64,000 bases of DNA, from contig BCKQ01000015.1 of NCBI GenBank assembly GCA_001600695.1, positions 235,451 to 299,450 of the forward strand, read 5' to 3'. Each line of letters opens with the position of its first letter. Within the stretch, counting starts at the first letter, position 1. Below the pieces are notes generated by a model. That model was not told where the DNA came from. It saw nothing but the letters and a program-made list of their open reading frames with translations, and made no database searches. This document shows, in pieces, positions 23,800 through 36,927 of this stretch. Position numbers and translations under genes: made by a program. This DNA comes from Ascoidea asiatica JCM 7603 (Eukaryota; Fungi; Ascomycota).

Positions 23800-26700
23800 A
23801 TGAAAATAACACTTTTCTTTAATGATCAATAAACAAGTAAAATGTAATTATCACAAATTGAACATTTTCAATAAATATACAGTTGTTTTAAAAGGTTGTG
23901 GTTCACTTAGTTGTGGAGCTGGAAAACCCTATTTTTTGTAATTTTGGGATTTAGCTATGTAAGTCACATGGTTTTACATACAACGATTCCTATAATCTGA
24001 TCCTAGAATTTGGACAGTTTTGGATTCTAAGTTAATTTCATCAAAAAATAATATAGCAAATATATTAGCTTATTAGACTTTCTTGATTTTAGTTATAGCT
24101 ATTTCTAAGTAAATCGACTATTGGAGACACTATTATACTAAACATAAAGCAGCTCTATTTATAAATAACGGTAAATAGAAAGGGTTTTAAAAAAATAAAA
24201 AAATAGTCTTTGACAGATAAAGAGGTTAATTGACTGACTGAAACCGGGGAAATATATCAAAACAAACTGAGTTAAAAAAACAATTATTTGAATTAATTGG
24301 TAATCACAAACAAACCAATGGGCTTATCGACATTTTCAATGATGATTATTCTAATAGTAATGATGATAACAACCATGAAGCTGATGTGGGTGTTTAGGTC
24401 AATAATTAAATTAATAAGAATAATAACACAAATGAGTTTACCAATTATAAGGATTACTATACCGCTAAGGGTATTAATAATAGTGATATTGATTTTGATA
24501 TCCATTTCAATTATGGCAATGATAATCATCATGGTAATTTGTATAATGGTTATTTGTATAATGCTGAAGATGTCGAATATTATTCTTATTATTAGTATTC
24601 ATATTCATTTATTCCCATAATTTCTATATAAAAATTTATATAAAAATATTGAGAAATGAAGGTCTATTTATATTCATTTGGACCTTGATCAGCAAGTAAT
24701 ATATCTTATAAATCTTTCTACCTATTTCTCATGCGTATAGCAAAACGGTTGCTACTGGGAGCCCAAAAGCAATGAGGATCTCATTTCGTATCTGTTATAC
24801 TTGGGGTTAAAATTACGTCTCCTAATCTCAAACTACAAGTTAGTATTGTCCATTTTCAATTTGATAGAAGGTACAGGTAGAATTTCTGTTTGATAGAACC
24901 TACAAGGACTTTTTCTATCAGTTGGTACATTCGGCTGTCTGAGTAGCGAATCAAGTTCTGGTAGCTAATCAGTAATCAATTACCCCTCATCAATCCCCAT
25001 GACATTACCTTGCTCGCCAAGAACAGTTAAGGATGCCAAGACATCAGGTCTTCTATAACCACATATTAGCCCCTCACAGAAAAATATGAACTACTACTTG
25101 CTTCGTACAATTAGTAATTGGAATAGGAAACCTGCCCCTCGGCTGTCCGTGAATCCGAATCACTCGAGTATACCGCAATCAAGTTCCGGCCTCCCTGATT
25201 ACGTAATCAATTACCTAATTGGGACCACTCCAGTGAATCTGACCAATGACATGGAACATTGTGCCTGGAGAATAGTTCAAGTATCTCCAAATTCCATCTT
25301 GTAACATGTATGTAGACAAGGCTTATTGACTGTTAGGGCACACGGCTCGGTTTTGAATGCTGGCTCCACATAGGAACGTGTAAACCTAGTACAGCGGGAC
25401 TACTGTGTCCCATTGTTTGGCCTTAACTCAATGGTACCGCCGAGAGAGTTTCCCAAGAGCCATTCCTTTTTCTTGAAATGATCATAGGTACAAGCCCTTA
25501 TCACTAGGGCTTGTAATAATAGGCTGTCGGCCACATTCATCGCTCCAGGCGTGTGCCGGTGAACTATATCACCTCACGTGCTATTAGCAAGAAATCATGA
25601 TAGAAGAAACTGCCTGTATGAACAATGATAATAATTTAATTAACACCAATTTGAATAATGAAAATTTATGTTTGAAGATACGTCATCAAGTAATTTTCGG
25701 AGGAGATTTGGCCGTATTTTTTAAGTTGATTTATGAACAAACACAACCAAAACAAATTTATTTTTATCAAAACAAAATAGAAGCTAACAGTTGGGAGTTC
25801 CTTAAGGATAAAACTGTGGAAGAAATTAAAAGTAGTTCACTTTATAACTTAAGAATGTGAGAAAAACCGTTCTTTTTTTTTTTTTTTGCATCTATTATTG
25901 TTATTCGGCTATGTTGAATAAAATAAAAGTTTATATTGAGTTTGATGATGCTGTTTGTACGAGACGTTTAGTAAAATTAGAATATACATATAAGTGTTTT
26001 ATTTTTCCATTAATTTAAAAACATTTATTCAAAAATCACAGCCGCTTTTTTTTACATCAAAGTCATACTCTTTACCGACAGTTAGCTAGTCCAGTTAGCA
26101 CCATTGCTAAGAAACCCAATACTACTACTAGTCTTTTAAATGGAGAACATCAAGAAATAAATAGAAGGAAAGAAATTTTTGAGAAACATTAGATCAACTA
26201 TTGCTTTATCGTGAAATATCTTTCAGTTGCTTCTGTTATAACTTGTGATGAACTTCTGAAAATTTACAATAAAAATATAAGTGTTGAAGATTTTCCTAAA
26301 GAAAAAGGAAAAGTAATGAAAAATAATATAAGATACTGAACAAAAGTTTTTAATGGGGGTTTTGATTTTTTCTGCTATTTTATTGAAGAAGAAGAAAGTT
26401 CTTCAATGCAAAAATCCTCAAGACTTTAATTTACATTCCGCAGTTTATTAAATTATAAATAAACTTTTGCCCCAAAAATTCTTAGAGTTCAAAGTATTCA
26501 ATAATAGAGGAGCTATTTAAACTACCAATCAAATTGAAAAATTGTTCTTTGCCATATTATTCCAAATATATAAAAATATTGGTCATCCACTTCATTTACA
26601 TGTAACTGTTTCATATATTTCTTCAACAAAAGGCAATTTTTGATAAAATCTATTAAATGCTCAACACATAAAAGATGAGTACTTAACAAAAAAAAAACCT

Positions 26701-26826
26701 TTTGAGGATTAAACAGTATCTTTAATACACTGCACAAATGAAACATTTGAAAGAGCGAGTGGGAATCTAAATTCAGATGAAAGTTTCGAATACACTCTCC
26801 ATATCAGGGATAATAAAACTGATAAC
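23800..26826 (+). mobile_element. Decayed hAT-like transposase 2, split by LTR A2 and cut off by LTR C3
   Basis: BED-like VKCNYHK (23837), ITAAFF (26035, cf. ITAHF), KEIFEKH*I, YWSST (26577, cf. RWSST), FLQQKAI (26619); removing A2 restores the frame NGYLYNAE-ETACMNND. Confidence 0.45.
24571..25602 (-). mobile_element. Solo LTR family A, copy 2 (full length, 1032 bp)
   Basis: TGTCG...TGATA (decayed CGACA) termini with perfect 5-bp TSD GAAGA at 24566-24570 and 25603-25607. Confidence 0.85.
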
Positions 26827-27856
26827 CGTTGAAAATAATAGAGACCTACATATGCTAGGGCATATATTGGTACCAACACCGTAGGCATTGAAGGATAACA
26901 AGACACGTATGTTGACTAGCGGTAACAGAGTCATCAACTATTCAAGAATGTGTCTACACCATGCCCAATTATGTATAGAGATGCACAATTAGCCATAGTT
27001 ATACATATTTTTCCTTAAAGTTGCATTACCTTCCGCGAAAAAAGAAACTCACATGACCTTCCATGTCTGAGTACAGCTGCACAGATAGTGGGACAAAATT
27101 GATGTTCTAATTACCTAACATAACACATGCTGCAACATCTCAGGAATACAGGATAAATCGGAAACCAGCAGGGTCTTTCAGAGACATGGGCGTCAACCCT
27201 GTAGGAGCCTATTAATGCTAAGCCGGTCGGAACCAGAAGAATAAAAGAGGAGTTAGGATTTAGCGCCTATCCGGATAAATGTAAAATCCGAAAGACCGTG
27301 ACGAGCCATGAAGGGAGTTCTTCTGGATGGTTCAATTGGTTGAGAGTTCTTTCCTGTGTGAGAAAGTATACTTCTCACAGCGTATGCCGAATTGGCTCGG
27401 ACTAAACAGAACACTACTGGAGCTGGCCCATTAAAAATCGATGCCGAGTCCGTGCTTCAGGATTAAATATTATTATTATTGGGCAATTACTTCGATTGTC
27501 TGCCCCACTGCAAAGTGTGCAGATTGGCTTTAATATGGTAAAACTGAAATGTGAATTTCATTTGAATTCTAATCAAGTTTGCACCCCTTTTTACAAGGTA
27601 AACTTGACTCCCACCTGGATTTCCGGAATTCTGCGACAGTTGGAATTTGCCGAGCATTCTCAATAGTTCTCTGGGACCCTGTAAAAATCCATAATCAATA
27701 TAAAAGGAATCGATTTCCTCTTATTTTTTTTGCTTAATATATTTTGCTTTTCTTCTAGATCATCGATTAGCACCAGTTAATTGATTAATACATAGTAAGT
27801 AAAATATTATATAATCAGAAATTGCAAATTTGTCAAATGAATGAGAAGTCACAACA
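26827..27856 (+). mobile_element. LTR family C, copy 3 (1030 bp)
   Basis: CGTTGAAAATAATAGAGA...TCACAACA; aligns with C1 and C2; flanks ATAAC/CTTTT do not match. Confidence 0.88.
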
Positions 27857-28139
27857 CTTTTTTCTTTTCAATTTCTTTTTTAATTAAATAACGAATCTTG
27901 TGCACTAAAATCTCATCTTGGTTAATCTTAAGTTTGTTTTCGATGTTTGTAAAAGAAACCATTGTTGAAAAAACTACATATAGTAAATCTTTTTTAGTCA
28001 CAACTAATATTTTGAAAACCCATCTCATTTAACATAATCACTGATTGATCACGAAAACTTAACAGTTCAAAAGATGGATTCCTTGAATTTTTATAATGAG
28101 TAGCTTTAGCTGTAAAAATGCATTCACTATTTTTTTTAG

Positions 28140-29150
28140 GTCACCAGTAATGAAATATTTAATTTTAATTTCAATTGATAATTATGCATAATTAATTATT
28201 CGCAGTTTGTTCTAATTCTTGAAGATTAAGTCATCATACTTGGAACATCAATTTCCTTTTTCTCATTTTTATTTTCGCTTTCATAGATTGTGAAACATCT
28301 TATATTAACTTACTTGTATTGCTAATTTCAGTACGAGTACGAAGTCTTGTTGCAATTGCACTAGCGAAAATGTCTTTCTCTTCAGTGTTTGTTGAGTTAA
28401 GTTCGTCAAACATAACTGAACCTAAATCAGGTGGTGTATAATGTTTGTCAGCCAACCTCCCGTAATCCGTTCAAAGATCTGTAAGTCAGGTACTCTTATA
28501 ACACATTTCTATTCTATGATCAGTATCATCCCGATCATAAACGGAAGGAGTAATACCTGTAATTTTATTTTGCGAAATATTTTTTTTGATTTTTTGATTT
28601 TTTCTTTCTTCATTAGGTCAACCACAAGCATTTTTATTATTCATAGAGTTTACTAATTTTTTGTTATTATCGATGATATTTTTGACCTTATTAATCTCCA
28701 TTTCTATAACAATATTTTTAATAACTCTATTTTCATTATTTTAAACACCAGTCCTATCATGGTCCCAATCACCAAGCTTACTGTAGCTTTTCTCTGATAA
28801 ATGACCAGCATTCATAGTTGTAGAATTATCAACAAAAATGTCTAAGATTTTTTAGGTTTTTCAAAGTTTAATTGTTTCAAAGATTTTTTGATTGCATTTT
28901 TATTACCTTCTATTGTTTTAATTGTATTATTTGGCTTGCCTTTTGTAAGTACTTTTGTTTTTTTAGTACCTTCAACTTTATCATTTTCCTTTAATAAAAT
29001 ATCTTTTTTGTTTAGACCAATTTTTTTTTTTACGATCAATCAAACAGTTTTGCATTTCTTTTTCGGGGCAACAAATTTCCTTTTTGACCCTACTGCTTGG
29101 AGAACTTTTTTTTGTGATAACAATTTGGATATTAATTTGATTTGTTAGTA
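28140..29150 (-). pseudogene. Decayed basic low-complexity ORF of unknown origin
   Basis: One frame (includes ORF 28842-29039) continues ~330 codons through scattered stops (…YTPPDLGSVMFDELNSTNTEEKDIFASAIATRLRTR…). Confidence 0.35.
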
Positions 29151-29949
29151 TTTGTTTTTCTAAGGTGATTTTTACGTGAATTTTAAAAATATATAGATCA
29201 CAATCTGAATTTTTGAAAAATATGGGTATATATAATTAGATATAGAAGCAATACAAATTTGGAATTTTTGGGAAGTGCTTTCTACATATTATTAGTTTAT
29301 GTTGGGTATATTATTGCCTTATTATTTCACCACTTATCCAATAACAGTTATATTGTATATATATCAAGTATGTATAACAGTAATGGTTACCAAAGGATAA
29401 ACGTTAACGTAACGGAAGACAATCAACTAAAGATTATCAAGTTTATTATTCGAAACAGTGTTTTAGTCTTATTTTAAAATAGATATTTTATTAAAACAGC
29501 AAGTTTACCAAACTTCAACATGCTTAGTGGGCTAAACATTCCTAGTGTATTGACCAAAGCTGCAACGTTATGTACATTAACCCACATTCTATCGACGTTA
29601 TATTAATTTTCATATTTATTTATTGCCGGTTTTGGCAATATACCGTTCTCGGTACGTCTTGCGGCGTCACATTTTTATCTTTTGTTTTTCGCAGGAGGGT
29701 AACGGCAAACCAGTCCTTGTCAGTTCTATCAGCCATTTTGTTCTTGTACCTTCTGTAGAAAAAAAGCTAAAATGAATTCCAAAAGGAGAAAATTCGATTC
29801 CAAAAAGTCTCAAAAAGGTTCGACATGCTAACTTTTTTTACAAATTTAATACAATGTAGTACAGTCTATTCTAATTACTCTTATATATATATATTAAGGT
29901 TATTAGCTATCTAATATTGCTATGTAAAGCTTTATACACAACTATAGGA

Positions 29950-30794
29950 TATTGCAATATAATTAATATCGTTACAGAAAGTCACATTCAGTTTAACAAA
30001 GAATTCAACAGTTCACGTGGGCTTTCATGACTATGTCTGCAGGAACACATATAGCCGGAAATGATGTGATAAGTTAGTTACCTAGCATAACGAATGTCTG
30101 CTAATGTTATCTATACCATATAAATGAAAAAAGAAGATGGGATAAGTTCCATTAACAGTCCTTACGCGTTTAAGAAAGCATAGGGAATAATCCACTACAT
30201 GAAAAAAAAGGAGTTAAGTTTTAGCGCTATCCAGATAGAGGTTAAATCTAAAAGACAATTCAGATTGCGGACCAGAGTGCATCTGGGTTGGTGAATTTGC
30301 AAAGCGTAGTTTTATGTATGAAAAGGCATAGGTCTCACTGAATATACCCGATGGTGGCCAAATCAACAGGAGCACAGTGTGCACGTAGAGGCTTAGTAAT
30401 CTATTTTAGGTCCGGACGTCGAGCTTTCGAAGTATTCCATGATTACCCTGTTTTCTCAGCTCCAGCAGAACGTGGCTGATGATCCAGTATCGCCATATCG
30501 AAATTTCGATAACAATCAATTTCAATTCATATTTTCAGCCCGTTGAAGAAGGTAAACTTGATTTTTGTCGCTAGTGTATATGAGCTATCGGAAATTCGAG
30601 AATTCCGGGACTTTGGGAGGGTTCTCCGGCAGGCGGTAGGATTCCCGAATTATTATAAAAGGAACGAATTTCCTCTTATTTGGTGAATTGATTTAATTAG
30701 TTTTCTTTTTAGATAATAGATTAGCGCGAGTTAATTTATGTATCCATAATGTTTAAAATATTTTCGATTGAAAAATTGAATGATAATATTCCAC
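29950..30794 (+). mobile_element. LTR family C, copy 4 (older, 5'-eroded)
   Basis: Shares AAGGAGTTA.G.TTTAGCG.TATCC, TATAAAAGGAA.GA.TTCCTCTTATTT and 3' blocks with C1/C3. Confidence 0.75.
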
Positions 30795-31006
30795 GGCTTG
30801 TAAGCTCATTGCTGAAAAGCATTTTCAATCCGGTAGCAAAGATTCTGACACTGCTATTGCTTTTATGGAAAAGGTCCAGAATATTCTTTTTTTATTTAAC
30901 CGGTGAAAACGTTAACGTTAAATATATGATAATGACTCTAATACTGGCAATATAAAGGAATTCTGTTGAAAAAAGCTTTGGATTGACACCTTACCAAAGT
31001 AAATGC

Positions 31007-31663
31007 TGCTCAATACTATGATTATTATAATTCAGGTTTATTTATTTCCATATTCTCTATATAAAAATTATATAAAAATATTGAGAAATCAATTTCAATT
31101 TATATCACTTTGGACCTTGATGAGCAAAAAATATATCTTATAAACCTTGCGAGGTATTCATATACGTATAGCAAAACCGTTGCTATTAGGGAGCCTGACA
31201 TGAAGGAGCATCTGACTTTCTACCTGTAGTATTTGTGCTGAAGTTACAATTCGTAGTCTTAAACTACAGGTTAGTATTGTCCACTTACAATTTGAGAGAA
31301 GGTACAAGTAGAATTTCTGTTTGATAGAACATACAAGGACTTTTTCTATCAGTTGGTAGGATCGGCTGTTCGAGTAGCCAATCAACTTCTAGTAGCTAAT
31401 CAGTAATCAATTACCCCTTATCAGGCCCATGACAGCCCCTTTTTCCCCAAGGCCAGTTATACATGCCATGCCACGTCCTCCACAACCGCATATTAGTCCC
31501 GCAGAGTAAAATATGAACTAATAATTGCTGCGAACAATTACTAATTGGAACATGAAGCCAACCCTTTCGACTGTCCGTATATCCGACTCACTCGAATATA
31601 GCGCACTCACGTTCCGGTCTTTCTTAGTACGTAATCACTTACTTAATAGGGACCATACCAGTA
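31007..31663 (-). mobile_element. LTR family A, copy 3 (truncated)
   Basis: Colinear with 24571-25235 (e.g. ACAAGGACTTTTTCTATCAGTTGGTA, GTAGCTAATCAGTAATCAATTACCCCT). Confidence 0.85.
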
Positions 31664-32097
31664 GAAAGTAATGGCAAACAGAAGTAATTAGTATTTTTTA
31701 CAGATGATAGAGTTGAAATTGTATTATTATTTAAGATTCGATTCGAATTATTTCAACTTGTAGTAGAATTATTTCTATTGATATGATGACTATTAAAGAG
31801 TAAGTTATTTAATAGGATCATGAAAAGAAAAAAAAACTAAAACAATACTGTTTAAATTATAATGCTTTGCAAGACGTATATTGATGTAATTCTCTTGTAA
31901 ATTAGGAGAAACTAGCTAAACATTAAGTCTAGAATAATGGAGTATAATATTACCCTCGGGCCCAAACTCGGCCGAAGCTGTGAAATTCAAGAGCTGACAA
32001 TTTGACCACTGCGTTATAAAATGGCTAAAAAGTCAAGTGAAATTTAGATTTTGTTAATGGCAACAAAAAACATGTTCCGGCAACGGAAGTTCAACTG

Positions 32098-32587
32098 TGA
32101 TTGTAGTTCGAACGAAATATCTAATTATTACTAAGAAGATATCTAATTCAAATTATAAACAATTATTAATTAAAATATAAACTAAATAAAAATTATTTGA
32201 AAAATATGCGAGGTAACTGCCCTTTTTATATTAGTGTGAAATAAGAGCGGGTAACCCATCTTAAGAATAAATTTGTAAACTTACTATGTTAAAGTTCACT
32301 TCCTATACTTAACAAATGAAATAAAATAAAGTTCTGTTCTAGAAGTAACTACGTCATTCTAAGAACTAACAAGACGATTCGAGTATATTCGAGATTCCCA
32401 CGAAACTTTGAATCAGGAATAAATGATGCAGTCCAAGAGCGTTTTAATACATTTCGCATGCACACTGAAGTTCCAACAACGCAATAGAATCTAGTCGTAG
32501 AACAATCTGTGTAATCTGAGAAACTCTAAGAATAGCCTACAATATTCGACGAAAATTCTAATAAAAGCATAAAATGATTAATAATCA
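32098..32587 (-). mobile_element. Solo LTR family B, copy 2 (490 bp)
   Basis: TGATTGT...ATAATCA termini; perfect 4-bp TSD ACTG; same length as B1. Confidence 0.9.
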
Positions 32588-34270
32588 ACTGATCTTATAA
32601 ACACTAATTGGTCAATCCGCAATTGTGGTCACTACGAGTCTATTTGTGGAACCATCCTATTTAGATTGTTGGAATTCTCGCAAAATAATGAAATAAACTA
32701 ACTTGTTTTAGTTTAAAAATCATGAAGGTCAATTAAAAAGGATGTTAATATTAAAAAAACATTAATAATAAATATCTTGAATTGACAAATCTAAAATAGT
32801 AAATATAAATCCTGGCAATTTAAAAACTATATAAAATAAAATAAACGACAGTCAAGGACAGATATTTTCCTATAGTTTTAAAAAGAAATGAAATAAACAA
32901 AATTAAAATGAAGTATGCAACACGTGTAGTATTTGAAATAAATATCTTTAAGTGGGAAAACCTTTTGCCACAGCTTTCACATTGACGTTCAAAAACGTTT
33001 CGCAATTTGCAAATAGTTTGAAACTCTTGTGGAAACATAACAACTAATGAAAGAGTTTCTGATATATGATTATCCAATCATAATGTTTTTATAAAAGAGC
33101 TTGCAACCATTTAAAAAAACAGCGACTGTGACTAAATGGTCTTTTTATGAAATGAAATTTCACCAATAATATACTTGAAACCACAATTATGTTTAACCCA
33201 AATATTTTTTGAGCATTGAAAATAAATTACCAATTCATTGCTTATGATTGTATGCGATTAAACAAATTTGCAAACAAAAATTTTAAAAAAAAATAACAAA
33301 AAAAACCCATTTTAAAAAAAACAAAAATTTTATTGAAAAGTAAATATTCTTCCAGGGAAACTTCTATTCATGGCCTTGCTGTTATTTAAAAAAGTTAATA
33401 CTGAAATCTTTTTGACAACGAGTAACAACAACAAACAATAACTGACAACACATAATAAAATTATTTTTCAGAATCCAACATCCATAATTAACTTTTTGAA
33501 TAAAGAAAAAAAATGAACTTGTGATATAAATATAAAGTTAGAAAACCAGAGCCCTAACATGTTTATACATGCATGCTGGCTTCATGGATAAAAGAAAAAA
33601 ATAGAAGGATAATTCTAACATATATAAATCAGTAATCTTTTAATTATTAGAATTGATGTTAATTCTAAGAATTAAGCAATTCGAAATATATAGCTTCAAT
33701 AAATACTTTTACAATATTAAATATCATCTAGATAGGCCTATCCATTATAACTGAGCTAATGGGGATAAGTCCTGTTTTGTGGTACTCCTTCGATTGTGAT
33801 TTTCTGAAACTAGCAATAACAAACAACAACAACAACAAACAACAAATAACTGAACCGTTTTGCAGTTGTCGAAGATACATTTGAATATTCTTCTTTTTTA
33901 ACTCCTTTAACTTCTTTAACTTCTTTTAGTTCATCTTCTTTCTTTTATTCCTTTGAGTATTTGAATGTATTTTTATATTTATATCATTCATTCATTTATT
34001 CAAACACTATACAATAAGAAACTAAATTACTTATCTAGATTCAATTCTGTTCTTAAATCCATTGAATATCACATGTTTTGTACGGGGTTTGATTATCCTC
34101 ACTCTGAATTCATAAATCAAATTATCTCCAGATGATAAAGAACGAATGAAGTTAAGAAACTATTCAATAAGCTATTTAATTATTTTGTTATTTAATTATT
34201 TAGTTATTTAATTATTTATTTCATTCATTCATTCATTCATTCAATATCCTTATTTATAATCGTATTCATA

Positions 34271-34537
34271 ATGTCAAGTGATAGATTTAGAAAATTTAAT
34301 CCAACTCCACCTGAAAGAGGTTCATTTCCTTTAGATCATGATGGTGATTGTTCAGAATCTATGAATAATTATTTAAAATGTTTAAAATTAGTTAAAGGTA
34401 ATAATGCTCCAAATTGTAGAATTTTAGCTAAAACTTATTTAAATTGTAGAATGGTAAATAAATTAATGGATAGAGTTAATTGGAATGAATTAGGTTTACC
34501 TGCTGATAAAACTTCTACAATTAAAGATAATAAATAA
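34271..34537 (+). CDS. COX19: Cytochrome c oxidase assembly factor Cox19 (twin CX9C)
   Basis: [17 protein letters not shown]...YLKC...[13 protein letters not shown]...LM..V.W..LGLP. Confidence 0.95.
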   Translation: MSSDRFRKFNPTPPERGSFPLDHDGDCSESMNNYLKCLKLVKGNNAPNCRILAKTYLNCRMVNKLMDRVNWNELGLPADKTSTIKDNK

Positions 34538-34974
34538 TAAAGATAATAACAATAATAAAGATATTAATAAATAATAAGAAAAATAAATAAAAGTAATAAA
34601 ATAAAACATTAAACAAAAAGTCAATAACACTTATATTAGACATCAATCTCCTAAATGGCCTAATAAAAAATAAAACAACAACAACAACAAATAACAACAA
34701 GTAACAACAAATAACATGTAAATAAAAAAAAAATATCCAGTCATTACCATAACAAAAGCTATTATCCATTTCAAAAAAAAAAAAAAACCAACATGATATG
34801 ATAATTAAAAACAATCAATCCATCAATAAATTCCATAAAATTTCAAAATATATATATAAGGAATGAATGATATAAAGGGGGAAGTGGGTATAATAAAGAA
34901 AAAGGAAGAAACATGTAATATATATATAAAAAAAAATAAAACAAAAAATTACTTAAAATCATAATTTATAAATC

Positions 34975-36699
34975 CTAATTTAAACGATTTAAAATGTTCT
35001 TATAAATATAATAAGCTGAAAAACTTGCATCATTTCTTTTTTTAATTAAATTTTTATCTAATTTAAATTTAATTTCATTTAATTTATTTTCAATTTCAAT
35101 TTTCATTACTTTACTATTATTATTAATTTTTTCACTAAATTTATTCATCAATTTTAAATCAATATTAATTTTATTAATATCATTAATATTAAATCTTTTG
35201 AAATTTGAATTTAATTTTATTTTTAATTTTTCAATTTTATTATTAATTTTCTTCAAATTTTTATTAAAATTATAATCAATATTATTCACATTTAAATTAT
35301 TAGTAAATTTATTAAACTTTTTATTAATTTCATTGAAACTTGAATTACTTAAATCAGAATATTTTTCAATAATTGGTTTAATATTATTATTTAAATTACT
35401 ATTCAAATTTTCTTTCACTAATGATTTCAGATTAGAATTAAAAATTTTAAAATATAATTTGGATTTCAACAACTTATTTGAAATTTTTCTTGAATAATAT
35501 TTTGATTGGGACTTTAAATAATTATATTTCTTTTGAAAATTATTTAAATTTAAATTTAAATTTTGTTCATTAATTAAATTAATTACACTATTGAATTTTT
35601 TATTCAATTTAGAAGTGAAATCATTATATAAACTTTTCTCTAAATTTTTATTTGAGTTTTTCTTTGAATCACTATTTATCTGACCATTTAAATTTTTAGA
35701 TAAGTTTCTAGTAAAATTTAATAAATTATTAGAGAATTTTGAAAAATTGAAATCATCTTTAATAATAGTTACATCACTAAATTTAGTTTCAGTTTCAGTT
35801 TTTGTTTTAGTTTCAGCTGGAACATTAATTAATTTAGTTAAAGTTAAAGTTTGAAAAAAAGTTTTGAATTTAGTCTTGGTCTTAGTTTTTAACTCAGTTT
35901 TAAATTCAGTTTTAGCAATTGGATTAATAATTGGAGTATTATTAATTAGATTAAATGATCTAGATGAAGTGGTTGAATAGAAATTAGAAGGTGATGAACT
36001 AAAAGATAAAAAATTTGGATTGAAGATTAAAGAAATTGAAGATAATGTTAATAATAAGAAAATTAAATAAGAATAATTTAATTTATAATTGAAATAATCT
36101 GATTCAATTAATTTTGAATTTAAATTTAATTTTGATTTTGATTTTGATTTTGAATTTATGTTTGAATTTAAGTTAAAGTTTGATTTTGGTATGGAATTTG
36201 ATTTTGAGTGAGAGTTAGAGACTGAACTAGTAATTGAATTTGATAGCTTCTTATTGAGATTAGAATTAGAATTAGAGATAGTACTGGTATAACTGATTGA
36301 TAATTTTGGAAAAGATAAAGAAGAATCAAGTAAAGATTTATTGTCAATATCTTTACCATCTTTAATATATTTGTTGTCTTTGTTGACCTTGTTGATTTTG
36401 ATTTCTTTGATATCATTAAAATTTTTGATATCATTAATATTTTTAATATTTTTGAAATCTTTGATACTTTTAATATTTTCAGTACTTTTATTAATATTTT
36501 TATTTTTTGAAAATAAATCATTATCATCAAATTCCCAATCTGAGAGAATATTATTCATTCTTTTATTATCAATATCACTATAATCAAAATCAGATTGATC
36601 AGATTGATCAATTTCATCATCAGCATCATTATTTGATTGATTATCAACAATGTTATTAATATCATTAATGTCATTGATAGATTTATCATTATTATTTTG

Positions 36700-36732
<33 letters not shown>

Positions 36733-36927
36733 TATAATTAAGGACCATTCATTATCGTCAAAATTAGAATTTAAAGATTCATTAGATAAATTATTTAAAG
36801 GAAGTAAATTATGTAAATTACGCTTGGAATGATTGTTAGTAGTATCAGTATCAATAACAGTATTGGTATGAGAAGGAGTATTAAAAATGATTGAATCATT
36901 ATTTTTAATATTAGAAGATGAAACCAT
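34975..36927 (-). CDS. Single-pass membrane protein; candidate selective-autophagy receptor (Atg39/Atg32-like)
   Basis: 650-aa ORF with host codon bias; DDNEWSLI (AIM-like), ILSD, SLSFPKLSIS, one TM helix (~aa 286-304), helical C-terminus. Confidence 0.8.

Noticed and set aside
23963-24150. GTCACATG resembling point-centromere CDEI
   Set aside because: Not followed by a >90% AT CDEII or a CCG-containing CDEIII; lies within a transposase relic.
24000-24160. Retroviral protease-like motifs on the minus strand
   Set aside because: Weak; the plus-strand frame that rejoins across LTR A2 explains the region better.
25319-25345. Possible LTR end at TAGACA (25318) followed by a primer-binding site
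   Set aside because: No convincing tRNA complement; the perfect GAAGA TSD places the A2 end at 25602.
32950-33065. Possible hAT dimerisation-domain relic (W..LPQLS...NERVS)
   Set aside because: Spacing is off and the match is too weak without a profile search.
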